This document shows, in pieces, positions 1 to 7,730 of a DNA stretch of 23,382 nucleotides; the stretch's first letter is position 1, and every line of letters begins with the position of its first letter. The translations under genes were made by a program, and so were the position numbers. Source of the stretch: a virus (taxonomy: Duplodnaviria; Heunggongvirae; Uroviricota; Caudoviricetes); the IMG/VR virus record IMGVR_UViG_3300025853_000035, positions 128,001 to 151,382 of that record, one strand, 5' to 3'. The notes under the pieces are model-generated. The model was given only the letters and a program-made list of their open reading frames with translations, made no database searches and was not told the origin of the DNA.

Positions 1-1809
1 CGGGGAGGTGCTGGAGAAGCGATCGATCTGGATCATGCACTTCGTCGCCGCGTCGCGGAACGCGGTGAACTCCATCGTCTCCATGACATCCTGATCGATG
101 CCGGCCGGAGCGATCGGGTCCGAGGAGACCTTGAACGCCGGGATGGTGAAGTAATAGGTGTTGTGATCAATATCGATGATCGGGAAGGCGAGGCTGACAG
201 TCTCGTGGCTGAGGAACTTGTCATACAGCGTGCCGTCGGCGAAGTAGGCTTCGATCGTGCCCGTCAGGTTCAGACGACCTGCCGCGATGCCCACCGGGAA
301 CTTGGAACCCACGGCGGTCTGGTTGCGGAGGTTGCCGTCGATCGAGAAGGTGATCGAGCGGATCGCCGTCGCCTGCTCAACGCCATCGACGCTCAGCATA
401 CCGACGTTGGCGGTCGCCGAGACGACTTCCGTGGCCGGCGCTTCCAGCGGCGTGTAGTTGACGCCCGTCAGCTTCTCCGTGTTCGCGCGCTTGGTCTCGC
501 GACCTTGCAGCGTGGTGGAGCCGGTGACGATCGAACCCGAGGTCACTTCCAGTCCGACGCTGCCGGTGCGCAGACCGTCAACGGTGAAGAACTGACCAAC
601 GTCATGGAAGCCGGTTTCGACCGAAGCCGACTGCGGCGTGATGGCGGCGTTGTTGCTCGGGTTGCGAAGCATCGAACCCTTGATCGTGACGCGCTTGCCG
701 GCTGCGAGCAGCGGGACTTCGCGGTCCACGGTGATCGCGTCGTTGGTGATCGCGAGGATCGTGTAGAAGCCGCCCAAGTCTGCGTTGCCGTCGGCGAAGT
801 TCACGACCGCCAGCGTTGCGTCCACTTCGGTGATCGTGCCGCCGACCTTGTTCAGGTTGGTCAGGGTGATCACAGCGGCTGCGGCCGAGGCGACGATGTT
901 CAGTTCACCGGCGTTGCGGAGGGCGTTGATCGCGGCGGCGAGATTGGCAGCGGTCTCGCTGTCATCCGCGCCCAGCGCGAACACAACGGCGCTCGCCGTG
1001 GCGTAGTCGCTGTCGGACTGTGCTTCGAAGGTGAAGGTGTTGCTGCCGTCCGAGATCGTGACCTGCTCGTTGTCGGCAGCAGCCGCGACCGTGATGGTGC
1101 CCGCTTCGTAGCCGACGCCTTCGACGAAGATGCGCTGGCCCGAGACAAGCTGCCCGGCGGCGATCGCAGCGGCGAACGCGTTGGTGCCGTTGGAGTCGAT
1201 CGTGTCCGAGAAGGTGCCGAAGCGGATCGCGGTGCTGTTCAGGATGATCACGTCGTTGGCATCAGCCAGCGTGGTGACAGCCGATCCGGCTTCTGCGACC
1301 AGCGACGTGCCGCTGACAACGACGTTGGTCTTGCCGTCGGTGAAGTCCACCGAGGCGATCTGGAGATAGTCGTTGTTCGAGCGAGCCAAGAAGCCGCTCG
1401 TCTTGACGCGGCGGCCGACCGTGAAATAGGCCGTATAGTCGCCGCCCGAGATCGTGATGGTGTTGTTGGCCGTGATCGCTACCGTCTTGCCACGGAACAC
1501 GTCCCACTCCATCGGACGCGACCAAGCGCCCATCAAGGCGCGCTGGAAGTCAAGGTCCGGGGTGCCGGCCGCGAATTCCCATGCGATGTCGCCGCCCGAG
1601 GTCGCAGCGGTCTCGATGACCGAGGAGACCATGCGGTCGTCGCGCAGTTCGTCCGAGGTTGCGGTTTCCTTGGTCGCGGTGATCGACGAAGAGGTGAAAC
1701 GACGAGCGCGCGTGCGGCCGACCTGCGGCGTTTCGCCCCAGAAGTTGTTGTCTTCGATGATCTCGCGGAGCGAGGCGCGATTGGAATCGGCCAGCAGCTT
1801 GTTTGCCAT
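1..1809 (-). CDS. Major tail tube protein (3' end truncated by the window edge; at least 603 codons)
   Basis: ATG at 1809 with AAAGGG upstream. The frame is open to base 1: MANKLLADSNRASLREIIEDNNFWGETP...SDELRDDRMVS...GGDIAWEF...AGRLNLTGTIEAYFADGTLYDKFL. These are siphovirus tail-tube motifs, and the gene follows the tail terminator. Absent from the ORF track because there is no stop codon in the window. Confidence 0.85.
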   Translation of the reverse strand, partial: MANKLLADSNRASLREIIEDNNFWGETPQVGRTRARRFTSSSITATKETATSDELRDDRMVSSVIETAATSGGDIAWEFAAGTPDLDFQRALMGAWSRPMEWDVFRGKTVAITANNTITISGGDYTAYFTVGRRVKTSGFLARSNNDYLQIASVDFTDGKTNVVVSGTSLVAEAGSAVTTLADANDVIILNSTAIRFGTFSDTIDSNGTNAFAAAIAAGQLVSGQRIFVEGVGYEAGTITVAAAADNEQVTISDGSNTFTFEAQSDSDYATASAVVFALGADDSETAANLAAAINALRNAGELNIVASAAAAVITLTNLNKVGGTITEVDATLAVVNFADGNADLGGFYTILAITNDAITVDREVPLLAAGKRVTIKGSMLRNPSNNAAITPQSASVETGFHDVGQFFTVDGLRTGSVGLEVTSGSIVTGSTTLQGRETKRANTEKLTGVNYTPLEAPATEVVSATANVGMLSVDGVEQATAIRSITFSIDGNLRNQTAVGSKFPVGIAAGRLNLTGTIEAYFADGTLYDKFLSHETVSLAFPIIDIDHNTYYFTIPAFKVSSDPIAPAGIDQDVMETMEFTAFRDAATKCMIQIDRFSSTSP

Positions 1810-1959
1810 GTGGTGTTTACCCTTTGGAGAATGCAGGGGAGCGCGGCCCCGATTCATGAGGGGCGGGACTGTCGCTGTGTTAAGCTAAAATGTCGGTGAC
1901 ATTCGCTCTTGGCACACAGTGATCCCCGATCACCGCACAAGAAGCGGAAATAGAGCGCA

Positions 1960-2004
1960 ATGGTAACTGAAAATGGTTAATATGTCAAGGGAGAATGTCG
2001 GTGG
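1960..2004 (-). promoter_or_regulatory. Sigma70-type promoter for the tail tube gene with upstream CCACCGACATT box
   Basis: Minus strand TTGACA(1988-1983)-N17-TACCAT(1965-1960). The spacer contains TTAACCAT. CCACCGACATT lies at 2004-1994. Confidence 0.65.
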
Positions 2005-2012
2005 ATGGCAAA

Positions 2013-2453
2013 TTAGATGCCGATCTGCACCTGCTCGATCGAGTCCCGCTTGAAGGGCACGCGGTAGACGAAGCACTCCCAGCCAGCCTTGGTTTCCGGG
2101 GTGTAGTCTTGGATCGAGCCGAACTTGTAGGTCTGGCCGGCGGTGTCGCGCCCCACCTTGAACTGGAACAAGTCCTTGAACGTGTCGCTGGACACGGTTC
2201 CGGTCTTCGTGCCCTTCTCCTTTGGAACCCAGACCGTCAACTGGACGAGACCGGCATAGCGCATACGGACCCGGCCGCGCCCCTCGCCTCCGACCACCAC
2301 GCCCTGCGGAGAGGAGATGATGTGGAACTCGGCGTAGGGCGCGTTGGTGGGGATGTCGAAGGGGAGGTTCGGATAGGCGATCGGGAAGGCATAGTTACCC
2401 TCTCCGGTCTTCATCTTGTTGGTCAGATAGACCCGCTCGGCTTCTTTGCTCAT
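2013..2453 (-). CDS. Tail terminator / tail completion protein (DUF4128-like)
   Basis: 146 aa, motif YPNLPFDIPTNAPY...R..GLVQLTVWVPKEKGT, immediately upstream of the tail tube gene. Confidence 0.7.
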   Translation of the reverse strand: MSKEAERVYLTNKMKTGEGNYAFPIAYPNLPFDIPTNAPYAEFHIISSPQGVVVGGEGRGRVRMRYAGLVQLTVWVPKEKGTKTGTVSSDTFKDLFQFKVGRDTAGQTYKFGSIQDYTPETKAGWECFVYRVPFKRDSIEQVQIGI

Positions 2454-2935
2454 TTGAGAATTCCTTGCGCCGCGACGAGAATGTTGAAGTGTTGCGAGGT
2501 GATGCCGAACATACCCTGTGGGGATCGCGAACGATAAGGCGGTCCCGGCAGGATGCCAAGCTCCAATCCGACGATGTCCTGTGCGACGTTGGACAGGTAG
2601 ATCGTAGCGAAGGGGTTGGCTTTCAGGTTGAGCGACTTGAGGCTTTCTGCCGCCGCCGCTTCATTGGCCGGCCGGCGCGGTTCGCTGCCCAGCCGCATAC
2701 TGTTGGTCGGACCGGTCGGGCCGTTTGCGATCGCCTTGTAGACGGTGCTGTTCGGTGTCCCGGTCGTCCAGATATAGTTGCGGACAGCCTCACCGGTGTT
2801 GACAGGGGTGAGCGCCTTGATGTGCTTGTCGATGTCCTCGCACAGGGTTTCGATGTTCTGTGCGAAGCGGGCTTCCAAGGCGTCGATCGAAGCCATGGCC
2901 GCCGCCCGCGCCTTGTCTTTACCGATGAGAGGCAT
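2450..2935 (-). CDS. Neck / tail completion protein (HK97 gp10-like)
   Basis: 161 aa, TPVNTG motif, synteny, ATGA overlap with the next gene. Confidence 0.6.
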   Translation of the reverse strand: MPLIGKDKARAAAMASIDALEARFAQNIETLCEDIDKHIKALTPVNTGEAVRNYIWTTGTPNSTVYKAIANGPTGPTNSMRLGSEPRRPANEAAAAESLKSLNLKANPFATIYLSNVAQDIVGLELGILPGPPYRSRSPQGMFGITSQHFNILVAAQGILK

Positions 2936-2938
2936 GGA

Positions 2939-3325
2939 TCAGGTCCGATAGATGAAGACGGTCCAGACGCCGCCGCCGGGCACGCCGACGACCTTGCGGA
3001 TGTCCCACTCCTCGCCGTTTGCTCGGATGACCTTGTCGGTATCGACCTGCGGCTCGGATGGGATGAAGGGGCCGGGGATGATGAGCTTGGCGTCGGAGAA
3101 GACGACGCCGTGATTCTTCACGTCGTCGAAGCCCGGCTTGGCGACGATGACCACAACGTCTTTCACCTCGTTGTAGATCGTCTCGGTCGTGTCGTCCTCG
3201 ACGTTGTGTGCGCCTTCGCTGACGAAATACTTGACCGTGATTTCCTCGGACAGGCCGTTGGGCGCAAGGATGTTCTTGAACGCGTTCGAGACCTGCTGTT
3301 TGATGAGATCGTTGTAGCCGGCCAT
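2939..3325 (-). CDS. Head closure / head-tail connector protein
   Basis: 128 aa, predicted beta-rich; D.KLII...D.VIRANGEEWDI pattern; lies between the adaptor and neck genes. Confidence 0.6.
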   Translation of the reverse strand: MAGYNDLIKQQVSNAFKNILAPNGLSEEITVKYFVSEGAHNVEDDTTETIYNEVKDVVVIVAKPGFDDVKNHGVVFSDAKLIIPGPFIPSEPQVDTDKVIRANGEEWDIRKVVGVPGGGVWTVFIYRT

Positions 3326-3327
3326 GA

Positions 3328-3837
3328 TCAGTGCTTCACGATGCGCTTGGGACCGCCACGGCCCATGGAGACGGAGCCAAGGCCACGCAGGGCGTAGCCG
3401 ATTTCAGCCGGATATTTCTCAGGCGCGAGGCGGGCGTCGAACTTGAGCGCGATCACGTCAACCTGCAACGAGGTCAGGTTCGATCCGGTGTTCGCGACTT
3501 CCGGGTTGCCGGCGATCAGGTGATCGGCGAGCAGCGCGGTCGCGATCTTGACGGCGCGCGGCACGACGGAGTCATCGACCAAGATGTTCTCCTTGTCGCG
3601 GATGTGCGACCGGGGCCACGCGAGGCCGGAGGTCTCGTGCGTCTTCTTGCCGAACCAACGCACGCGCTCGTCGAGGATGCGGCTGGCCCACATGATCAGA
3701 TTCTCTTTGGTCGTTTCGTCAGCAATGACGCTCCACTGCGAGTGGATGTTGACCGAGAGGATGTCGTCCACCTCTTCGACGGACGCATAGGCATTCGCCG
3801 TGACGCGGCCGGTGCCGTCTTCAACTAGGATGTCCAT
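3328..3837 (-). CDS. Head-tail adaptor (DnaT-like family of phage neck proteins)
   Basis: 169 aa, LVEDGTG...ANAYASVEE...GLAWPR...VP.AVK.A signature. Confidence 0.75.
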   Translation of the reverse strand: MDILVEDGTGRVTANAYASVEEVDDILSVNIHSQWSVIADETTKENLIMWASRILDERVRWFGKKTHETSGLAWPRSHIRDKENILVDDSVVPRAVKIATALLADHLIAGNPEVANTGSNLTSLQVDVIALKFDARLAPEKYPAEIGYALRGLGSVSMGRGGPKRIVKH

Positions 3838-4267
3838 GATGTGTAGCCTCTATGGAAATGGGCGTGGAATTGTTGAACCGATAAATTCCATCGCCATTCA
3901 GCTTCGTTTTAAGACGATGGCAATTGGCGCAGAGCGTCTGGAGATTGGCGGGATCATCGTTGCTGTGATCACCGTCGATGTGGTCCACATCTAATTGACA
4001 AGGGTCTTCTGCGACGAAGCCGCATTTGACGCATGAGTCCCCTTTTACGGACGTGTAACGGTATTTTTCCCATGCCCACCAATAATTTGGTGGGCGAATG
4101 CTTTTGGTCTTTTGCGGGTTTCGCTTATGGGAGCATACGCCGCAGAGGGCTGAATATGTTTGCTCACCTGCCGCGTTCAGTCGATTTTTTCTTTGAGGCC
4201 GCTCGTCGCAGGAAACGCAGATACCTTGGACTGTTTCCGACTCTCTTTTGCGCCGTTTCGCGCCCAT
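3821..4267 (-). CDS. HNH endonuclease
   Basis: CVKCGF...LDVDHIDGDHSNDDPANLQTLCANCHRLKT HNH core, extra N-terminal CxxC pairs, visibly more AT-rich than its neighbours. Confidence 0.9.
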   Translation of the reverse strand: MGAKRRKRESETVQGICVSCDERPQRKNRLNAAGEQTYSALCGVCSHKRNPQKTKSIRPPNYWWAWEKYRYTSVKGDSCVKCGFVAEDPCQLDVDHIDGDHSNDDPANLQTLCANCHRLKTKLNGDGIYRFNNSTPISIEATHHGHPS

Positions 4268-4283
4268 GTAATTCTCTGGAATG

Positions 4284-4317
4284 AAAAGCGCTCGACAAGC
4301 GGGGGCTTGTCGAGCGC
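4284..4317 (-). terminator. Intrinsic terminator
   Basis: 13-bp stem GCGCTCGACAAGC/GCTTGTCGAGCGC followed by TTTT on the minus strand. Confidence 0.7.
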
Positions 4318-4383
4318 GAAGCCGCCTGAGCGGTAATGGATGTCGGTGGCGCTTCTACGAGTGGGGCCGGTCCGACTGATGGC

Positions 4384-4827
4384 TTAGCCGTTGGTCAGTT
4401 CGACCAGCTTGGCGACGAGGCCGTCGCGGCTGGACTTGTGATGCGGCTTGAATTCCGGGAAATGTTCCGCGAGGTAGGCGACGACAGCGTCGCGGTCTTC
4501 GAGGTGGGCGAAATCTGCGTCGGTCACCGCGTCGTTTTCTTCGGCGGCTTCTTCGACGGCTTCGGTGCTGGTTTCAGCTTCGGCTTCGACGACCGGGGTG
4601 TCGGAAGCTTCGACGCTTCGTGCGCTGTCAGCGTTGCTCGGGGCATCGGCGGTTTCCTTGACCACCGGCGGAACGGTGCAGGCGGCGATTTCGGCCGGAG
4701 CCTTGATTTCGGTGGGAGCCTTGAACGACCAGCCGGCGTGGGTGGTCAGATCGTGCGCGTTGGCGCGGCTCATCTCAAACATCTCTCCCGACGGGGAGTA
4801 GACCTTGAGGTCGTTGGGGTTGCTCAT
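4384..4827 (-). CDS. Hypothetical head-module protein (acidic Ala/Glu-rich linker)
   Basis: 147 aa, AGGAG RBS, located after the capsid genes. Confidence 0.7.
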   Translation of the reverse strand: MSNPNDLKVYSPSGEMFEMSRANAHDLTTHAGWSFKAPTEIKAPAEIAACTVPPVVKETADAPSNADSARSVEASDTPVVEAEAETSTEAVEEAAEENDAVTDADFAHLEDRDAVVAYLAEHFPEFKPHHKSSRDGLVAKLVELTNG

Positions 4828-4857
4828 GCTTCGAAAGCTCCTGTTTCGTCAGCCGGG

Positions 4858-4889
4858 AAAGAAGGCGGGAGGTGTCGAGCCTCCCGCCT
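4858..4889 (-). terminator. Intrinsic terminator after the capsid genes
   Basis: AGGCGGGAGG/CCTCCCGCCT stem followed by a T-rich tail on the minus strand. Confidence 0.65.
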
Positions 4890-4906
4890 CTCATTCAGAT
4901 CAGGAC

Positions 4907-5347
4907 TTAGTGACCGACGATGCGGCCAGCGATCCACGCGTGCAGCGTGATCGACGGGGTCGTGCCACCGATGGTGCCCGCCAGACGGATCGCAGCGGCA
5001 TCAGCCTTCTGGGCCTTGACCGTGTCTGCGTCCACGAGGATCACATACTGGCCGGTGCCCGCGATCGTGACCTGACCCACGACGACCGAGGTGGCGAAAC
5101 CGACCGGGCCGGCTTCGAGTTCGAGGACGTAGGTTTCGTCAGCGGTCAGATCGACAGCGGTGACGTTGATGGCGACGGCGAAAACGTCATCGGCCAGTTC
5201 GCCCGAGGTCCAGTAGCCCTCCAGCACGTCGAGGACCTTGGCGGTGCCGTCGAACGATGCGGTCTTGGCGACGCCGTCCTTCGCGATCAGTTCCGATGCC
5301 GGCGCGGCATCATACATATACTTGAACTTGCTCTTCATCTTCGACAT
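4907..5347 (-). CDS. Minor capsid / decoration protein
   Basis: 146 aa, predicted beta-rich, directly after the major capsid gene as in phiCbK-like phages; GGAG RBS. Confidence 0.65.
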   Translation of the reverse strand: MSKMKSKFKYMYDAAPASELIAKDGVAKTASFDGTAKVLDVLEGYWTSGELADDVFAVAINVTAVDLTADETYVLELEAGPVGFATSVVVGQVTIAGTGQYVILVDADTVKAQKADAAAIRLAGTIGGTTPSITLHAWIAGRIVGH

Positions 5348-5423
5348 GGAAGATACTCCGAAAAGGGTTGGTGAGGGGAGGGTGGGAAGGGGTGACCCTT
5401 AGGACCACCCCCACCAACCAAAC

Positions 5424-6350
5424 TTAGCGGGTGACCGCCGCGTTGGTGATGCCCCAGACGCGGCTGACGGCCTTGCCGTGCATGACGGCCATCGAGACCA
5501 GCCACTCGACGCGGGTGCGGTAGACCGGCTGCGCGTCGATTTCGCCGAGGTCACGGACATCCATGATGCCGTTCTGGAGGCCGACGATCTTGCCGTCGCC
5601 GAAGCTCACGACATACAGCGACTGGCTCGCGGTGCCGCCGGCCGGACCGGCTTCGTTGAAGTCGATGATCTTCTCACCGGCTTCGTCGTCCTCGGTGATG
5701 AGGATCGGCAGGTCGTTGTAGAAGCCGATGCGACGACCGAAGTCATCCTTCGACCACTGGAGGTCGCCACCAACGTCCTTGTCCTTGGCCGCCTGCGACA
5801 GCAGGTTGCGCATACGCTTGGACATGATGATGTGCGTCGGGTTATCGACGCGGTCGATCGCTTCGTCCAGCGTGGCCAGCGACAGAGCGCCGTTCGCGTT
5901 CGGAGCGTCTTCGTTTGCCGCCAGAAGCTGGTAGCCGGTCACGCGCTTGCGCAGACCGTCGAACGACACGCCGTCGCCGCCGTCGCCGTTGATGAAGGCC
6001 GAGGTGATCTTGGCACCCATGGCCTTGACCTGCATGGCTTCCTGACGCGTGCGAACGCCGATGCCGTGGGTCTTGACCAGCGCGGTGTCAACGTCGAGTT
6101 CGCCGCCCGCGATGCGGAGGGTTTCGCTCTGCGGGTTGATCACGCCGATCGAGGCGTCGTAGCCTTGGTTGTAGCCACGGAAGCCGACGGACGGCAGCTT
6201 GGCTTCCTGAGCATAGCTATAGCTATTGCCCGGAATGTCCATCAGCGGGAGAGCGGCCATGAGGTCCGTCGAGCCGGCGAACATTTCGATGATCGCCTGA
6301 CGCTTGAGGTCCCCATCGACCAGCTTCGATGCTTCGTGAAGGGTCAACAT
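5424..6350 (-). CDS. Major capsid protein
   Basis: 308 aa, MLTLHEASKL...LPSVGFRGYNQGY...GGELDVD...FINGD...FDGLRKR...YRTRVEW; AGGAG RBS; follows the scaffold gene. Confidence 0.9.
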   Translation of the reverse strand: MLTLHEASKLVDGDLKRQAIIEMFAGSTDLMAALPLMDIPGNSYSYAQEAKLPSVGFRGYNQGYDASIGVINPQSETLRIAGGELDVDTALVKTHGIGVRTRQEAMQVKAMGAKITSAFINGDGGDGVSFDGLRKRVTGYQLLAANEDAPNANGALSLATLDEAIDRVDNPTHIIMSKRMRNLLSQAAKDKDVGGDLQWSKDDFGRRIGFYNDLPILITEDDEAGEKIIDFNEAGPAGGTASQSLYVVSFGDGKIVGLQNGIMDVRDLGEIDAQPVYRTRVEWLVSMAVMHGKAVSRVWGITNAAVTR

Positions 6351-6483
6351 TTGGAAAAACTCCTAAGTGAGTTCGGGGTGGTCGTCGGCCGCCTAGAGGT
6401 GGTGGTGGAACTAACACCCGACAGGCGGCCGAAAGCCGGGGTGTATCTCTTGGTGAACCGACGACCGACCTAAGTGGTGGAGA

Positions 6484-7266
6484 TCAGCGGTTACCGCTGG
6501 CCTTGTTCGCCAGTTCGAGGCGTTGCAGGGGGGACATCGCGGCGATCTGAGCAGCGGTGAAACCACCGATCTTCTCGTCCTTGCCGCCGGCAGCGCCACC
6601 GCCACCGTTGCCCTTGAAGTAGTGCGGCGCTTCGTCGCGGAGCTTGACCAGCCACTCGGTGACGGTCATCGCATCTGCGCCGTTTGCGCCGAAAATCGTT
6701 GCTTCGCCGCGCTTCGGGATGAGCTTTTCGTCCTCGACCTTGAACAGGCGGTAGGCACGCTCCAGCACGTCCGGCAGGGCTTCGGGGCGGACACCGCTCT
6801 CGGGGACGATCACGGCTGCGGTGACTTCCTTGTCGATCCGCGTCCGGTTCAGCCGCTCCACGAGGGTGACTGCCTTGGCATTCGCAGCGTCAAGCTCGCG
6901 CTTGAGGCTGCGGGAATTGTCTTCGTAGCCGTCGCGCATGACCTTGATGCGGTCCTGCACAGCCTGCTCGATCTGGTCGTCGGTCTTGAGTTCCCCGTCC
7001 TTCACGCGCTGCGAGATGTCGCGCAGACCGTTCAGGTCGTTGGCGAAGGCTTCGAGGTCGTCACCGGCGATTTCCTTGACGCGAGCGAGGATCGGAGCCT
7101 GCGCTTCCAGCTTCTTGGAAAGATCGATGTTCTTTTCGCGGAACTCGTCGAGCTTGACGGTCGCGGTCACATTGACTGCGAACTTGCCCGTTTCGTCGTT
7201 CTGCTTGGCGAACTCCTTGAGTCCCTCCGGGACTGCGTCGATGGAGTCGAAATTGATGATTGGCAT
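6484..7266 (-). CDS. Capsid scaffolding protein
   Basis: 260 aa, coiled-coil-like, C-terminal PHYFKGNGGGGAAGG...MSPLQRLE typical of scaffolds; directly before the major capsid gene. Confidence 0.75.
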   Translation of the reverse strand: MPIINFDSIDAVPEGLKEFAKQNDETGKFAVNVTATVKLDEFREKNIDLSKKLEAQAPILARVKEIAGDDLEAFANDLNGLRDISQRVKDGELKTDDQIEQAVQDRIKVMRDGYEDNSRSLKRELDAANAKAVTLVERLNRTRIDKEVTAAVIVPESGVRPEALPDVLERAYRLFKVEDEKLIPKRGEATIFGANGADAMTVTEWLVKLRDEAPHYFKGNGGGGAAGGKDEKIGGFTAAQIAAMSPLQRLELANKASGNR

Positions 7267-7478
7267 TTGAAGAAGTTCCTCACCGAGGGACTGGAGAAAG
7301 CACGCACGAAGTCGTGACCTCCGGGACCCTCCCAGAGGATTTCCTCATTCCGGCGTGTCGGACGCACGGAAGAAATCGAGTGGGGGAATAATTGGTGGTT
7401 CCCCCGGAACCGGATGTGATGGAGATTGGAAGAGCGAAATCGGTCCCCGATTTGGCTTCAATTCCGAATATGGCGACA

Positions 7479-7523
7479 AGGATACGAGAAATTAACCTTA
7501 ATGTCAAGCTAAAATGTCGGTGG
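7479..7523 (-). promoter_or_regulatory. Sigma70-type promoter for scaffold/capsid genes with upstream CCACCGACATT box
   Basis: TTGACA(7507-7502)-N17-TATCCT(7484-7479). The spacer begins with TTAAGGTTAA. CCACCGACATTTTAGC lies immediately upstream. Confidence 0.7.
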
Positions 7524-7547
7524 AGCCTAAAAAAGTGCCTGACTTAA

Positions 7548-7730
7548 TCACTTTCGGATGTGATTATAGCGTCGGCGCGGCCTTGTTGATCCCAACTCCT
7601 CCGCGATCGCGCGGTCGATGTCGTCAAGGTCTTCGCCGAAAGGGAACCCCTCGGACTCCCCGTCCCCTTGATCCAGCAGCCGTTCGTAGCGGTCTGGATC
7701 AAGGTGGATTTCGTAGTCCGGGGAGGCCAT
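7548..7730 (-). CDS. Small acidic hypothetical protein coupled to the portal gene
   Basis: 60 aa, TAATG stop/start overlap with the portal gene, GGAGG upstream. Confidence 0.6.
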   Translation of the reverse strand: MASPDYEIHLDPDRYERLLDQGDGESEGFPFGEDLDDIDRAIAEELGSTRPRRRYNHIRK

